DNA of 64,000 nucleotides from Somniosus microcephalus (Eukaryota), in NCBI GenBank assembly GCA_052327205.1, contig CM126207.1:249674001-249738000 (forward strand), in the 5' to 3' direction. Numbering within the stretch: position 1 is the stretch's first letter; the number at the start of each line of letters is the position of its first letter. The position numbers and the translations under genes are program-made. This document shows, in pieces, positions 35,806 through 46,730 of the stretch. The notes under the pieces were generated by a model, which made no database searches, was not told where the DNA came from, and worked only from the letters and a program-made list of their open reading frames with translations.

Positions 35806-36540
35806 GGGGGAGAAATTCAGTATCACCCCGTTTGGGGCGCTAACTTTTGAAATCTGGGAAACTTCATGCCAGGCGCTAATGATTCCCAGCTTTTTCAAAA
35901 TTCGGTGTTTGCGCTCCAGGAATGAAGTGGAGCGCTAAATCAAGCACTCCACTTCCTTCCTGGAGCACTAAAGGATGCAGACGGGTCGGTAGTGGTGCGG
36001 CACTGCACAATGTCCCGTGCAGCACTGCCGCGATCCGAGGCCCCTTCCCTCCCTCAAAGGGAAAGGCCATCGCTGCAGGCTCTGCATTGGGACCAATTAG
36101 CTGGTCCCTGACGGCGGCGGCGATCCGGCCCGATCAGCCCCATGCGCTCCAGCAGAGTGCCGGGCTGATCGATCGTGGCCCAGGAGCAATCGAAAAAAAT
36201 CACTTGAAGCGTTGGTAAAATTTTTCTCCTACCGCACGAACAACCAGTTTTATTTGCGCCTCCGAAGCTCCCGGCCTCCCGAACAACACCTCCTGCAGCT
36301 GTCGGTGTTTTCGCCCGGCGATGCTGCAGGGGGCAGAACCGAAGTTTGGATCCGGGGCTCTACCGGGGTGATGTGCACGGCAATGACGTCACGATCTCCA
36401 GGCGCTGGAGATCGTGGCGCAAAGTGTTACCACCGCCGCAAACCTCTCGGCCAATTTTGCGGGAGTCGTTCATTTCGGTAAGTCATTATCGCCCCCCGGA
36501 GGCGATAACAGGAGGCATTAAGGTACCGAATTTCTCCCCC
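35806..36540. mobile_element. CpG-rich PIF/Harbinger MITE
   Basis: AAT|GGGGGAGAAATTCAGTA ... TACCGAATTTCTCCCCC|AAT; TGACGTCA at 36384-36391. Confidence 0.9.
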
Positions 36541-36872
36541 AATGGCTTTGATCTTCCCAATATTTAGTTGGAGGAAATTTCTGCTCATTCAGTACTGGAT
36601 ATTGGACAAGCAGTGTGACAAATCAGTGACAGTGGAGGTTAAGAGAGGTGGTGGTGAGATAGAGCTGAGTGTCATCAGCGTATATGTGGAACCTGGCGCA
36701 TGTTTTCGGATGATATCGCCGAGGAGCAGCATGTAAATGAGAAATAGAAGGGGGCCAAGGATAGATATTTGGGGGTCTCGAGAGGTACTGGTGTGGAAGT
36801 GGGAAGAGAAGCCATTGCATGTGATTCTCTGGCTATGATTCAATAAATAAGAGTGGAACCAGGCAAGGGCAG

Positions 36873-37100
36873 TGTCATGAATCTTACAATTCATGTAGAA
36901 ATGACTCATGAGATAACACTGGGTGGCCAGCTGGTGGCGCCGTCCAAGGAAAGTATAAATACTCGGGCGTGGGCCCAGCTTGCTCAGGACGTTTTTGTAA
37001 CCAGGAACTAGTGATGTAACTAGAATCTCATGGCTGTGAAACAGTTGATTAAAGCCTTGTTTTATACTCAAACCAAGCGCTCAGTAGTTTTCTTACGTCA
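36873..37100 (+). mobile_element. Short solo LTR (Gypsy/BEL-like), 228 bp
   Basis: GGCAG|TGTCATGA ... TTACGTCA|GGCAG: TG...CA ends, 5-bp TSD, TATAAAT and ATTAAA signals. Confidence 0.85.
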
Positions 37101-37306
37101 GGCAGTTCCACCCAGCTGGACGATGGAGGAGAGGCGTTGGAGGAGGATGGAGTGGTTAACCATGCAGCCACCCCTCACACTCACCCTTAACCTACTGCAA
37201 GCATACCAACTAACAACACACAAGGGTAGGCACCTGAGTGGTTTAGCCAATGTTCATGTGAAGATAGGTCGAGAAGAATGAGGAGGGATAGTTTTCCAGT
37301 CACAGA

Positions 37307-39047
37307 GGCCGCGATTTTGCCAGTGCTCAGAGGGCGGGTTTGGAGGCGGGTCCGCAGTCAAAATCAAAATGATTGACAGCAAGTTGGGAGCCTGCTCTGA
37401 ACCCGCCTCCATGTAAGTTTCCAAAGTGTCGGGTCTGCAATTTCAGAACACACCCGACACCAAGAGGCGGGGAGGCATTTAAGATAATTAAATGCTTGTT
37501 AAACACTTGTTAACTACTATTTTGCCAGCCTAATTCTATTTTCCCACTTTTTTAACGGGGTTCGCGTCGTTCGGAGATCACGTCAGGTAAGTAGGTCGGG
37601 TTCTCTATGTCTCCCCATTGCTGTGAATAGGTGACAGCTGCAAAAGTGGTATGAAAGCTACCATTTCACAGCTGGTCACTTTCCAATGTCAGAAGCTTGA
37701 GCCTTGAGGACTTGGAAGACACTTTTGAGCTGTATGCAGTTTGGAAGTGTTTGGAGGAAACTCTATCCAGTGTCACCTCCTTGGAGCAGGCTCTCTCACC
37801 ACTGACAGATCGCTTCTGTCATCCCAAGTTCAGCTGCCATCTAGTCCAGCCCTTGAAAAAATCTCACCTTGGTCCTTTGAATCCCTCCACGATCAGCCCC
37901 AACACCAACATCACCAGGTACACCACATCACCAACAACAATACCAACCTTCTCTGCAATCACCTGATGATGCACAGGACACAGGTAATCAGCACCTGACA
38001 ACATTGCTGCCCGCGAGGCTAGCGATGGCATCACCATGGCCAGATTTACTTCACTTGAGGCTGTACACCCTGGCTGTCACATGATGCGCCAGGCTGACAC
38101 CACCCTACACCAGCACCAAAGAGCATCCCTATAATGTCCAAGCCATTCCTTTCGCACTCATCACAATTGGGCTGGGGGGGGCGGGTGGAGTGAAGTTATG
38201 TCTCAACATTCACTGGACCTCACTAAGACACTTCCAAAGGTAAGCACAGATCTGTCCAATAAGGTAAAGTGTTGAAAATAAAGATTTCAATATTTGACAA
38301 CACATTAACAGAAACTTTACATGAACATTGGCTAAACCACCCAGGTGCCAACCCTTGTGTGTTGTTAGTTTGTACGCTTGCAGTAGGTTGAGGGCAAGTG
38401 TGAGGGGTGGCTAGTGAGATGGGGAAGTGATAATGTAGATAGAGCGGGATGGGTGGAGGTGCAAGATAGTTGGTGTGAGTAAAGATGTGCAGGAGTAGGG
38501 TAGTGAAGGCAGAGTGATGTGTATGTGATGAGTGGCACAGCAGGATGAGTTTGAATGTGGCTTGGCAGTAATGTTTCGTGATCTGCTCAGATCATTGAAA
38601 GGTTTGCACCACTGCAGCCTGGTCCTCCTGTGCAATGTGCAACCAGGCTGCATTGATCTCCTGGGGAGGTCTCTTCCGCCCATTGGAAGGGAAGAGGACC
38701 TCCCTGCATGCTGTGACTCCCTCCATAAGCATATGGAGGGAGTCATGGGAGAGCCTCGGTGCAGCCGTGCACCTTTGTGCAGTGCTTGTCAGTGTTTGCA
38801 GCACTTCAATGCTGTAGAATACTGAGAGCAGAACTGTCAAAATCAACTTGGACATGGCCCCTTTAAGGAAACCAGCTGATAATGCATCATCAAATGATGT
38901 CATCAGACCTGCTTCCTATTAATTGGCTGGGAACCTCGCAGGGCGGACTTAACGAGCCCAATCAATGAAAAATCACTTGGAGAGTGCGGGCTGCAGTAGG
39001 CAGTGGGCTGGGACCGCGACACCGCCCCGGAAGGCGAAATCACGGCC
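37307..39047. mobile_element. Internally deleted PIF/Harbinger transposon
   Basis: GGCCGCGATTTTGCC ... GGCGAAATCACGGCC TIRs; Myb/SANT remnant on the minus strand. Confidence 0.85.
38570..38790 (-). pseudogene. Harbinger Myb/SANT-like protein remnant
   Basis: AAPRLSHDSLHMLMEGVTACREVLFPSNGRKRP...AWLHIAQE and, in a shifted frame, RTRLQWCKPFNDLSRS. Confidence 0.8.
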
Positions 39048-39079
39048 ATCGAATGTAATTTGTACTGTGGAGGATCCAC

Positions 39080-39600
39080 ACTACTGCCGTTTTATAAAGC
39101 ATTAGAGAGAACACATGAAATACTGCATGCATGTGTGGCCGCAATACACAAGATCTAGAGGTAATGGAAAAGATTCAGAGAACAGCAGCAAGAGACTACA
39201 TGCTTTCCAGCACAGAGTGATAGAGACGTTAAGGAAATTAAACCCAGTGTAATAATTTAAAGAAAGGATATACCTGCATTCAAACTGCTAAAGAAATAAA
39301 GTGGAAGTACAGATGTATTTTGTACACAATCCAAACAGCAGAACCAGGGAATATGAGAAAGCCACATCTTGACTTGGCATCAGAAATAACTTCAGTTAGA
39401 ATCATTGCCTTATGAAATAGACTGCCAACTAATGCAGTAAATACTGACTCCATTGAAACATTCACAAGGGAATTGGATCAATTCTTGATTTATTAAAGGA
39501 TAGAAGAGTATGAGTTTGGAGTAAAAAAAGATTTAAAAAGGTCTAATCATGTACAGAAAAGCATATGGATGGCAGACAAAGGTGGATGGCCTTTATTCAT
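39080..39600 (+). mobile_element. Old, highly decayed CR1 3' fragment
   Basis: Remnants such as ATGGAAAAGATTCAGAGAA, GAAATAGACTGCCAACTAATGCAGT and AGGGAATTGGATCAATTCTTG resemble the CR1 ORF2 end. Confidence 0.5.
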
Positions 39601-40212
39601 TGCTACATATTTATATTCTTCTCGTTGCTCACAAAAATCCGTGCAAGCTGCTGGTCTTCCCTGATGTTGTGGGAGGATCTTTACACACCAGTAAAGAAAA
39701 ATCATATTGCCTGCCTGCATATGTGTGCTGTGAGCTCAACCCACCTGTAGGTAGAAGCAAATGACTGAGCTGATGCAAGTACTATTGGCGGCAGTCAATG
39801 CTTTTACTATTGACAGCATTTTGCCATCACAGACACAAAGTGAAACTACTTCCCAAGGAGAGTTTTGGTGCCTCTGATGGCACTGGGTTATTTATGCTGA
39901 AAGGCCCATTCACCTTTGACGAAACAAATAGGATCAGCTTCCTTATTGACATGGCTGAAAGAGAGTTCACCACGTAAGGAGTCATGCACAGGAACCTGTG
40001 TCTTATCGCTGTGCTATGCAGCATGTTGCAGCACCCGCAATGTAAGCACTCACGTTTCCCTACTTTGGCAGCGTAATCAGGAACAAGTAAACTTTTCAAA
40101 ACAGGAGTTGATTTCCTTCTAGCATCAATGGGGTATCTTGAGTTTTGTTTTAGAATATCTGAATACAGTGTTGTACACTAATTGTAAGATGCAAGTTAGA
40201 TAACACAGTAAT

Positions 40213-40359
40213 CAGGGGCCGTGTTAGGACCGTGCAACTGTACAGGGCCCCAACCAGTCAGTGGGCCCGAGCGGATTCAGAGATAAGCTTGTCAAGTTAA
40301 ACGTAAGGGCCCCAAACTGAACCTTTGCACCGGGTGCACGCAAGGCAAACGCCCCCCTG
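40213..40359. mobile_element. hAT-type MITE (147 bp)
   Basis: ACAGTAAT|CAGGGGCCGT ... ACGCCCCCCTG|ACAGTGAT: 8-bp TSD (7/8 match) and CAGGGG TIRs. Confidence 0.8.
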
Positions 40360-41959
40360 ACAGTGATTAGCCTGATTATTTTAAAATCCATCTATCATTT
40401 TAGAAATTTAGCTCACAGACTGAAAGGCTTTGTTTGAGATACAACAAAACTAAAGGCAAAATGCATAGCCAATGAAATAATCCAGCTAAGAATAAAAATA
40501 TAAATAATCCATATTTATGATTTCCAAGAAAAATAGTATTCTCTCTGGAAGATTTTTTTTTAAACGCTAAAATTCTAACATTCGCAGTCATGTCACCTTT
40601 AGAAAAACCTGATTTATTGTCTTCTGAATACAGAAAAATACAATCTAGGGACTGAATGCTTCTTTTGTTTAATCAAAGAAAAAAAATCCAAATCATTTAC
40701 TACAAGCAATTTCACATGCTGTGATAATGAAGTATAAAAACCTTTAGTATCATTCAAAGGACGAATTTCCTACATTACTTAGTACCAGCCAAGTTCTTTG
40801 TGCAGCCCTGCAGCCACACACATTCCACGTCTCACTCAAACAAAAGACATACAAATTCATTAAACTATTTAATTACGTGTCTTTATTTTTCTCCATTAGC
40901 AATCCTTGCCAGTACAAAGTAAATAAAAGCTGCCTAGTTTCTTGAGCAACAGCAGTGACTGAGGTTTTTATTCAATTTACAATAAAGGCCCTTTTTTCTC
41001 TTGGGCAGTTTCCTACATGCCCTGCAAATGGGAGCATTCAACTGTACACACAGAGCAAGAATCTAAAACAGCAGCAGCAGCACTCGGCATGGCAGGCACA
41101 TACCATGCAAGCATTAAAGCTGCCAGCACCAATAGCGGCAGAAAAGTGCTTCAGCTACAAACGGAAAGGATATTAGCTTTTTTCCTAGTAAATTTGATTT
41201 TTACATCTATTTCTTTTCAGAAGGGTTGTTATTGAGCTTAGTGTCCACAAATGCCATTGATCTGCCTGTGACTCAATCTATACACTCTTACTTTGACAGA
41301 AGCTCAGCATGTAAGCAATACAAATCCTAGTTAGGCTACAAACTTATTGATTTTATAGATTTCTCCCAAAGTTGTGATAATGATATATCATTGTTAAATT
41401 TGGTAGAACAAACTGCTTTTCCAATCTGTCAATGCAAGCATGAAAACCAATTCACAGCCTTGTTTAGAGATTTTCCTTCAGTAGGATAACTACTGCAAGC
41501 GGAAACAGATCGCCAATATTCAGCTGGTGGCAGCCGCTTGATGGATGACACCTTGTCTGATGCCCCTTTCCGATCTACAGTGTGTTATGTCACATGGAGT
41601 TTTACTCACTGCCAATAATCATCAATTCAACTTTTCATAATCTTTGCTTCAGCAATTTAAATTTTATATGCACCCACATGCCTTTTATTTTTCCGTTCTG
41701 TGTGTGTTTTATTCTAAAAATGAATGCTGAAGGACGAAGGTAGTTATTCAATGTTAATTACAGACTTGCAAAGCAAAAATAAAACACACTATTTTGAGGT
41801 TTTATTCAGTCATTCTATTATATAAAATATTGGTCATTTTCTCCACTCATACGTCAGAGCAGTTCTTAGGATTGTACATTGTAGATTTTACAAGGCATAC
41901 AATAACTTGCAGCTAAAGTTGCTCATGATTTTTTTTTTCCCTAGGAATCAGGCACATGT

Positions 41960-42490
41960 GTTCTTGCACACTTCACAGCATCTGAGTGCACAATTAATTT
42001 TATGGTGGATGAGTTTTCTTTTGCTGAAAATCTGTTCATAATTGTGCTGGCTGAATTTGCGGGAGCTTTCACAGAGAATGATGACTTCCCCCTCCTGGAT
42101 TTGTTCTGCTCCTATGGGAGGTGCAATTTAGATAGTGCATTATCGATTTTTGCCATAATAGGTACAGAGGTACCTCTCTGGCCTGTTCAGTCTGCCCACT
42201 CTCAACATCAGGATTGTCAGCTGCTGTGAGGAAGCCTGTCATTATTTTTTTCAAGTAAATCCATCACAGAAAAAGGTGATGAAAATAAAATTATTTTCAC
42301 CTTGCTACAGAGAAGAATGGCTGTGCCTACCACTGAAATTATTCTTAATGCCTTCTGGTAACAAAGTAGAGGGTAATCAGAAAACAGAAGGAAATGGTTC
42401 GTGAAGGATAATTTACTTTTAATTTGCCTCAGCCACTCCTGTGATATATTTTTTTTGATGTCAAATAATAAAAGGTGCATTATTTTTCTT
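41960..42490. promoter_or_regulatory. Putative conserved non-coding element
   Basis: Complex non-repetitive DNA with TGTCA (Meis/Tgif), TAAATCCATCA (Pbx/Hox-like) and TAATT motifs within a ~5-kb TE-free tract. Conservation is inferred. Confidence 0.35.
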
Positions 42491-45486
42491 TAAAGGAATA
42501 TTAATTAGGACAGCAATGTGGAACTTGACTAGTATATCACTTATATAGAAAAAAATGAAGACTAGCTTTACCAAGAAAAAATTTGAAATGGGATTTGTAA
42601 ATTCAAACCCTTTCAAGTGGTAGCTTCAGAATGAAATGAGATCGTCAACAATTACTTGTGGAAAATAGGACATGCAAAAGTAAGGGCCTCGGGGCTTGTC
42701 AGTCCTGACCCCTGGAAGATTAGTGAGTCTGTTGAAGCTCATCTACTAAAGCCCAACCCAGGGGGAAAAAACTTGATACTTAAAAAGAAATGTTGCCTCA
42801 TTACATTAAACCAGCAAGAGGCATTCAAAAGAGATTGTTTATAAAATTGTTTAAAAAAAGTCATCTGACTTTGTGTTTGTTAGACTTACGTACTAGTTAG
42901 TAGAGCACAGTTGTCTGTGTACATCAAGGAAAACAAAGAAAGAAATGTCCTTAACTGTCACTTTTAATAAGAGGAGTCAACGTGCCTCTATTCAGGTTAA
43001 ATATTGCCCTGTCACTTTTCAATTGAGTCAACAGATTTTTTTTAAAAAGTCAAAGCATAGTGTATGCAAAAATCTGTCATAATGTGACAGATCTGTCCTC
43101 ATTCAGCAAATTCTATTGTGAATTCTGAAAAGTAACTTTTCATAATCAGCAGTGACATCAAAAGAAGCATTTGCATGAAAACAATGAATTTTCTAATTTA
43201 ATGAAAGCTTGCAGGTCTCCATTGTAAAGTTTACAAAAACCTCATACATTTGCATTTTCAGACAGAATCATTTGTAAAATATGGATTTATAACAGAACTG
43301 CCTTAGAATGAAGCTTCTTCATGATTATGACATGCAGCAAGGTACAAAAAACTGAAAATTAAGTTGTGTTGTGATCTTTAATGAAATTCCTTGCATAACT
43401 TTGATTATAAAATGCAAAACATTTCACCAATAGCTGTAAAGCAATACAAAACATTAGTAAAACACAGGCCAGGTGCATACCTCTGTTACGGTTGTGGTTT
43501 ACATTAATGTCACTATTGTTGATCAAAGCAAACACATTTCTGACTAATTAACAAGGGTTGTGATATGAGCAGAATGCATCAAATATCAAAAGATGGGCAG
43601 CTTTGAATTATTTCAAACACTAATAATTATCGATGTGGCAGTGTGCGGAAAACACAAACTTTCTTTTTTCAAAATAGTGAGACAGGTTCAATGGTCAAAA
43701 AAAGACAAACTACCAAATCACAGTAGCCACATGGTCATGAAATTGATCTTTCCGAATGGCTGCTGAAAGGCTCAAATTAAATTTCAAAAACAGCAAACTT
43801 GTGGCAGATAATTCTTTGTGCAATGGCATTCTTACTGTACAGTCAGAATATAGCAAGCTTTATTTTTCCACTCATATTGTTGAACTGTTATTGTTGTATT
43901 AAAATGCCAAAAACAAACAGGATCAATCAAATTTCCATCTATTTACAATAAACTAGCAGTAGTTTTATTCTCGTCATTAGCATGTCTTTTTTTTGTTCCG
44001 CTAAAGAGTGCAAAGATTCATATCCTTAAAGTCTCTCCACAAGCTAAATCATTTTTCCTGCTGGTGTTTTTAAAAAAAATTCACTGCCCTCTTCTAATGG
44101 CGAGATTTATGTTTTTTGACCACTATTTCCTCAAGGTTTTTTACTGAACTTATTACAAAGAGCGCACTGTGACAAATCATTCAAAATTTGAAATCTATCG
44201 ATTTCATAACAGTAATCACATAATATGCAAGTTCTGCCTTCAGATATTGTTCTTCCATTTGGTTTGTTAAAGGAAACCCAACCTTATTTGAAAAGATTGC
44301 AAATTTAAATGATTTACCCATTTACCCATAAGCACAGTCCTTCAGTAAATGCTTTGAAGCAAGTGCAATCATATTGTGGAGAAATCCAATTCATTGCATT
44401 GTACCAGGAAAAAAAGGTAGGTTGGGGTCAGCATTACTCCATCATGTGAATTAATCATGTCCACCAATGCAATGTATAGCCTGTACTTTTGCATATTTTC
44501 ACAGAACTTTGTTTATTAAGAATACTTTTAAATTAAACAAAATGTCATAACTGACAGAATTTTCATAAAAATTGCAAATGCAAACTGAATTTTTGCAGGT
44601 CAGTAAATGAGGTTTTTTAAGATATGATTTGTTTCTGCAGCAAAACTGCAGAGTGCAAGTCGCCAATACGGGCTATTACTAAAACATGAACAAGAGGAAG
44701 CAGAGACGATAATGTTACCCTGGTACAATGTCACAAACTGCAATTCTTCACAAAACTACAACACTTCGTTCAGAATACAGAAAAGGAATGAGTTTGAGAA
44801 AATTACTCTAGTTGATTATTTGATAAATTGGGTTGAGTTCTCCCAACCCCTCCCCCTTTAAAGTCTATAGATTTCTCATCTGTTGTAGAAATAAAAAGAA
44901 TGATTAAAGTCAAATTATGATCAACAATTAATAGATTTTTATAAACAGAGCAGATATTAGGACTGAGCTACAAGGAGTAAGAAAATCAATAGATTGAAAT
45001 AGCATCACACATGTTGAGAACAAAATTTCGATGATTTATACACATTAATGAATGAATTCTAAGCCACTTTTAACTTCTTACAAGTAATTTTTTTATATTA
45101 TGTTCATTTACTTTCAAATCATCAAAACTGTTAATTCATAGTGACTTATCAATGATCGGAACTTCCAAAGATCCTTGTGGGCTGAACACAGTGAACACTT
45201 TTATATTGATCATGTCATTGGCAGAATGTGGAGTGTTACAGGATTTTGTTTTTAGCAAGTCAATAAGTTATTCACTAACATTTTACATTATATAACATGG
45301 AAATCATATATAGCCAACTGTGTAATCTGTTCCTTATTGTAAGAATGAGAAATACCACATATCTAGGTATATTATACAGGTCTTCCTCACAAGTGAAATA
45401 AATTGGCGATGATATACATATGATTGTGACAAATAATTATTTTGTAGTTGACCATTGACAAGATATTTTTGATATGAAAGCACAAT

Positions 45487-46194
45487 GGCCTGGAGTTTCC
45501 GCTCGGTTACGCTGGTCTTTTTCAATGCAATTTGCCCGAAATTGGCCAAACCAGCACAAAAGATCACGGAATTTCAAGTGTAAATTACATCGAGTTTGCG
45601 CAATCTTTTATGCTAGTTTAAAAAAACATCGTGCTAGAAGCTGGCCCCGCCCACAAAACTGGCCACACCCAAAGATCGAATTAATCACCATTGCGAGTTT
45701 CCGTTAATTGTGCCCGTTTGCGGGTCTTCGAGGAGGCTCTTAAAATTAAGCTTTTTTGCTTAGGTGCAAGGGCACTAATAGGCATGTTTTAAAAGCTTTT
45801 AATTTTTTTTTATTTACTAAGAAACTGACTACTGTACACCAATGTAACTAGTAAATGGTGCTGTGTAGTTTTTGAAAGTAATTTTCAATTTTTTTAAAAT
45901 TGAAATATTCACAGGTGGTGGACTAGACACTCTAATTAAAAATGCTTAATTTTTGTGATAAGCCCATTTTCAGTTGTATTAATAAAACTGCAGCAGGAAT
46001 ATTTCATAATGCAAAAATTTCTTTTTAAAATTGCATTCTAAAACGTTGCCTGATTATGCTGATCATGGAAGATTTTACATCAGTGATATGCAAATGATTT
46101 GAGCAAAAAAAAAATCACTTCTGAAAACGAGTGCAATTTTGAGCGTAATTTGCACCCGGATTGCTGACTGTGCCCACAGCGGAAACTCTTGCCC
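45487..46194. mobile_element. PIF/Harbinger MITE
   Basis: AAT|GGCCTGGAGTTTCCGCT ... AGCGGAAACTCTTGCCC|ATT. Confidence 0.8.
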
Positions 46195-46497
46195 ATTGTT
46201 TAAATACTGAATGCCTTGCACATTGACATCGTACTAGCCAAGCCCTGGCTCCTTCATGTGCATCAACACATCAGTCAACAATCAAGGCAGAAATAAATGT
46301 GATTGTTTGCTTTATCATGACAACAATGTCTCCTGTATTCTGACAAATACAAATAACCAGATCAATGTGTACAGTATAGTACTGCATTCTATATTAGCTG
46401 GTTCAACAAAAAGTCTAAAGTCAATTGTTTAATTTTTTGTGTTAAAATGTTTACATCAATAGTCCTTTAAAATAGAAATAGTAATTTCAGTCATTTA

Positions 46498-46730
46498 TAA
46501 AAACAAATGCTGGAAGAACTGAGCAGGTCACAGAGCATCTGTGGAGAGAGAAAGGTAGGGTTAACATTTCAGGTCGATGGCCTATCATCAGATGGTTCTG
46601 ACAAAAGGTCATCGACCTGAAATGTTAACCCTACCTTGCTCGCTGCACAGATGCTGCCTGACCTGCTGAATGGTTCCAGCATTTTCTGTTTTAATTTCAG
46701 ATTTCTAGAACTGGCAGTATTTTGATTTTA
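46498..46730. mobile_element. Penelope pLTR inverted repeat with hammerhead-ribozyme-like motifs
   Basis: ~90-bp arms (AAATGCTGGAA...GGTAGGGTTAACATTTCAGGTCGATG / CATCGACCTGAAATGTTAACCCTACC...TTCCAGCATTT), homologous to the terminus of the Penelope element at 54176. Confidence 0.85.

Larger units (their letters stand above)
33931..37306 (-). mobile_element. L2 LINE interrupted by four later insertions
   Basis: 3' end AACAACTTGCATTTATATAGCGCC on the + strand; RT motifs ALAWFHSYL..HSQRI, ILGPLLFLIYML.LGDIIRKH, FHIYADDTQLYL. L2 pieces at 33931-34356, 35488-35805, 36541-36872, 37101-37165 and 37264-37306 are collinear. Confidence 0.9.
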
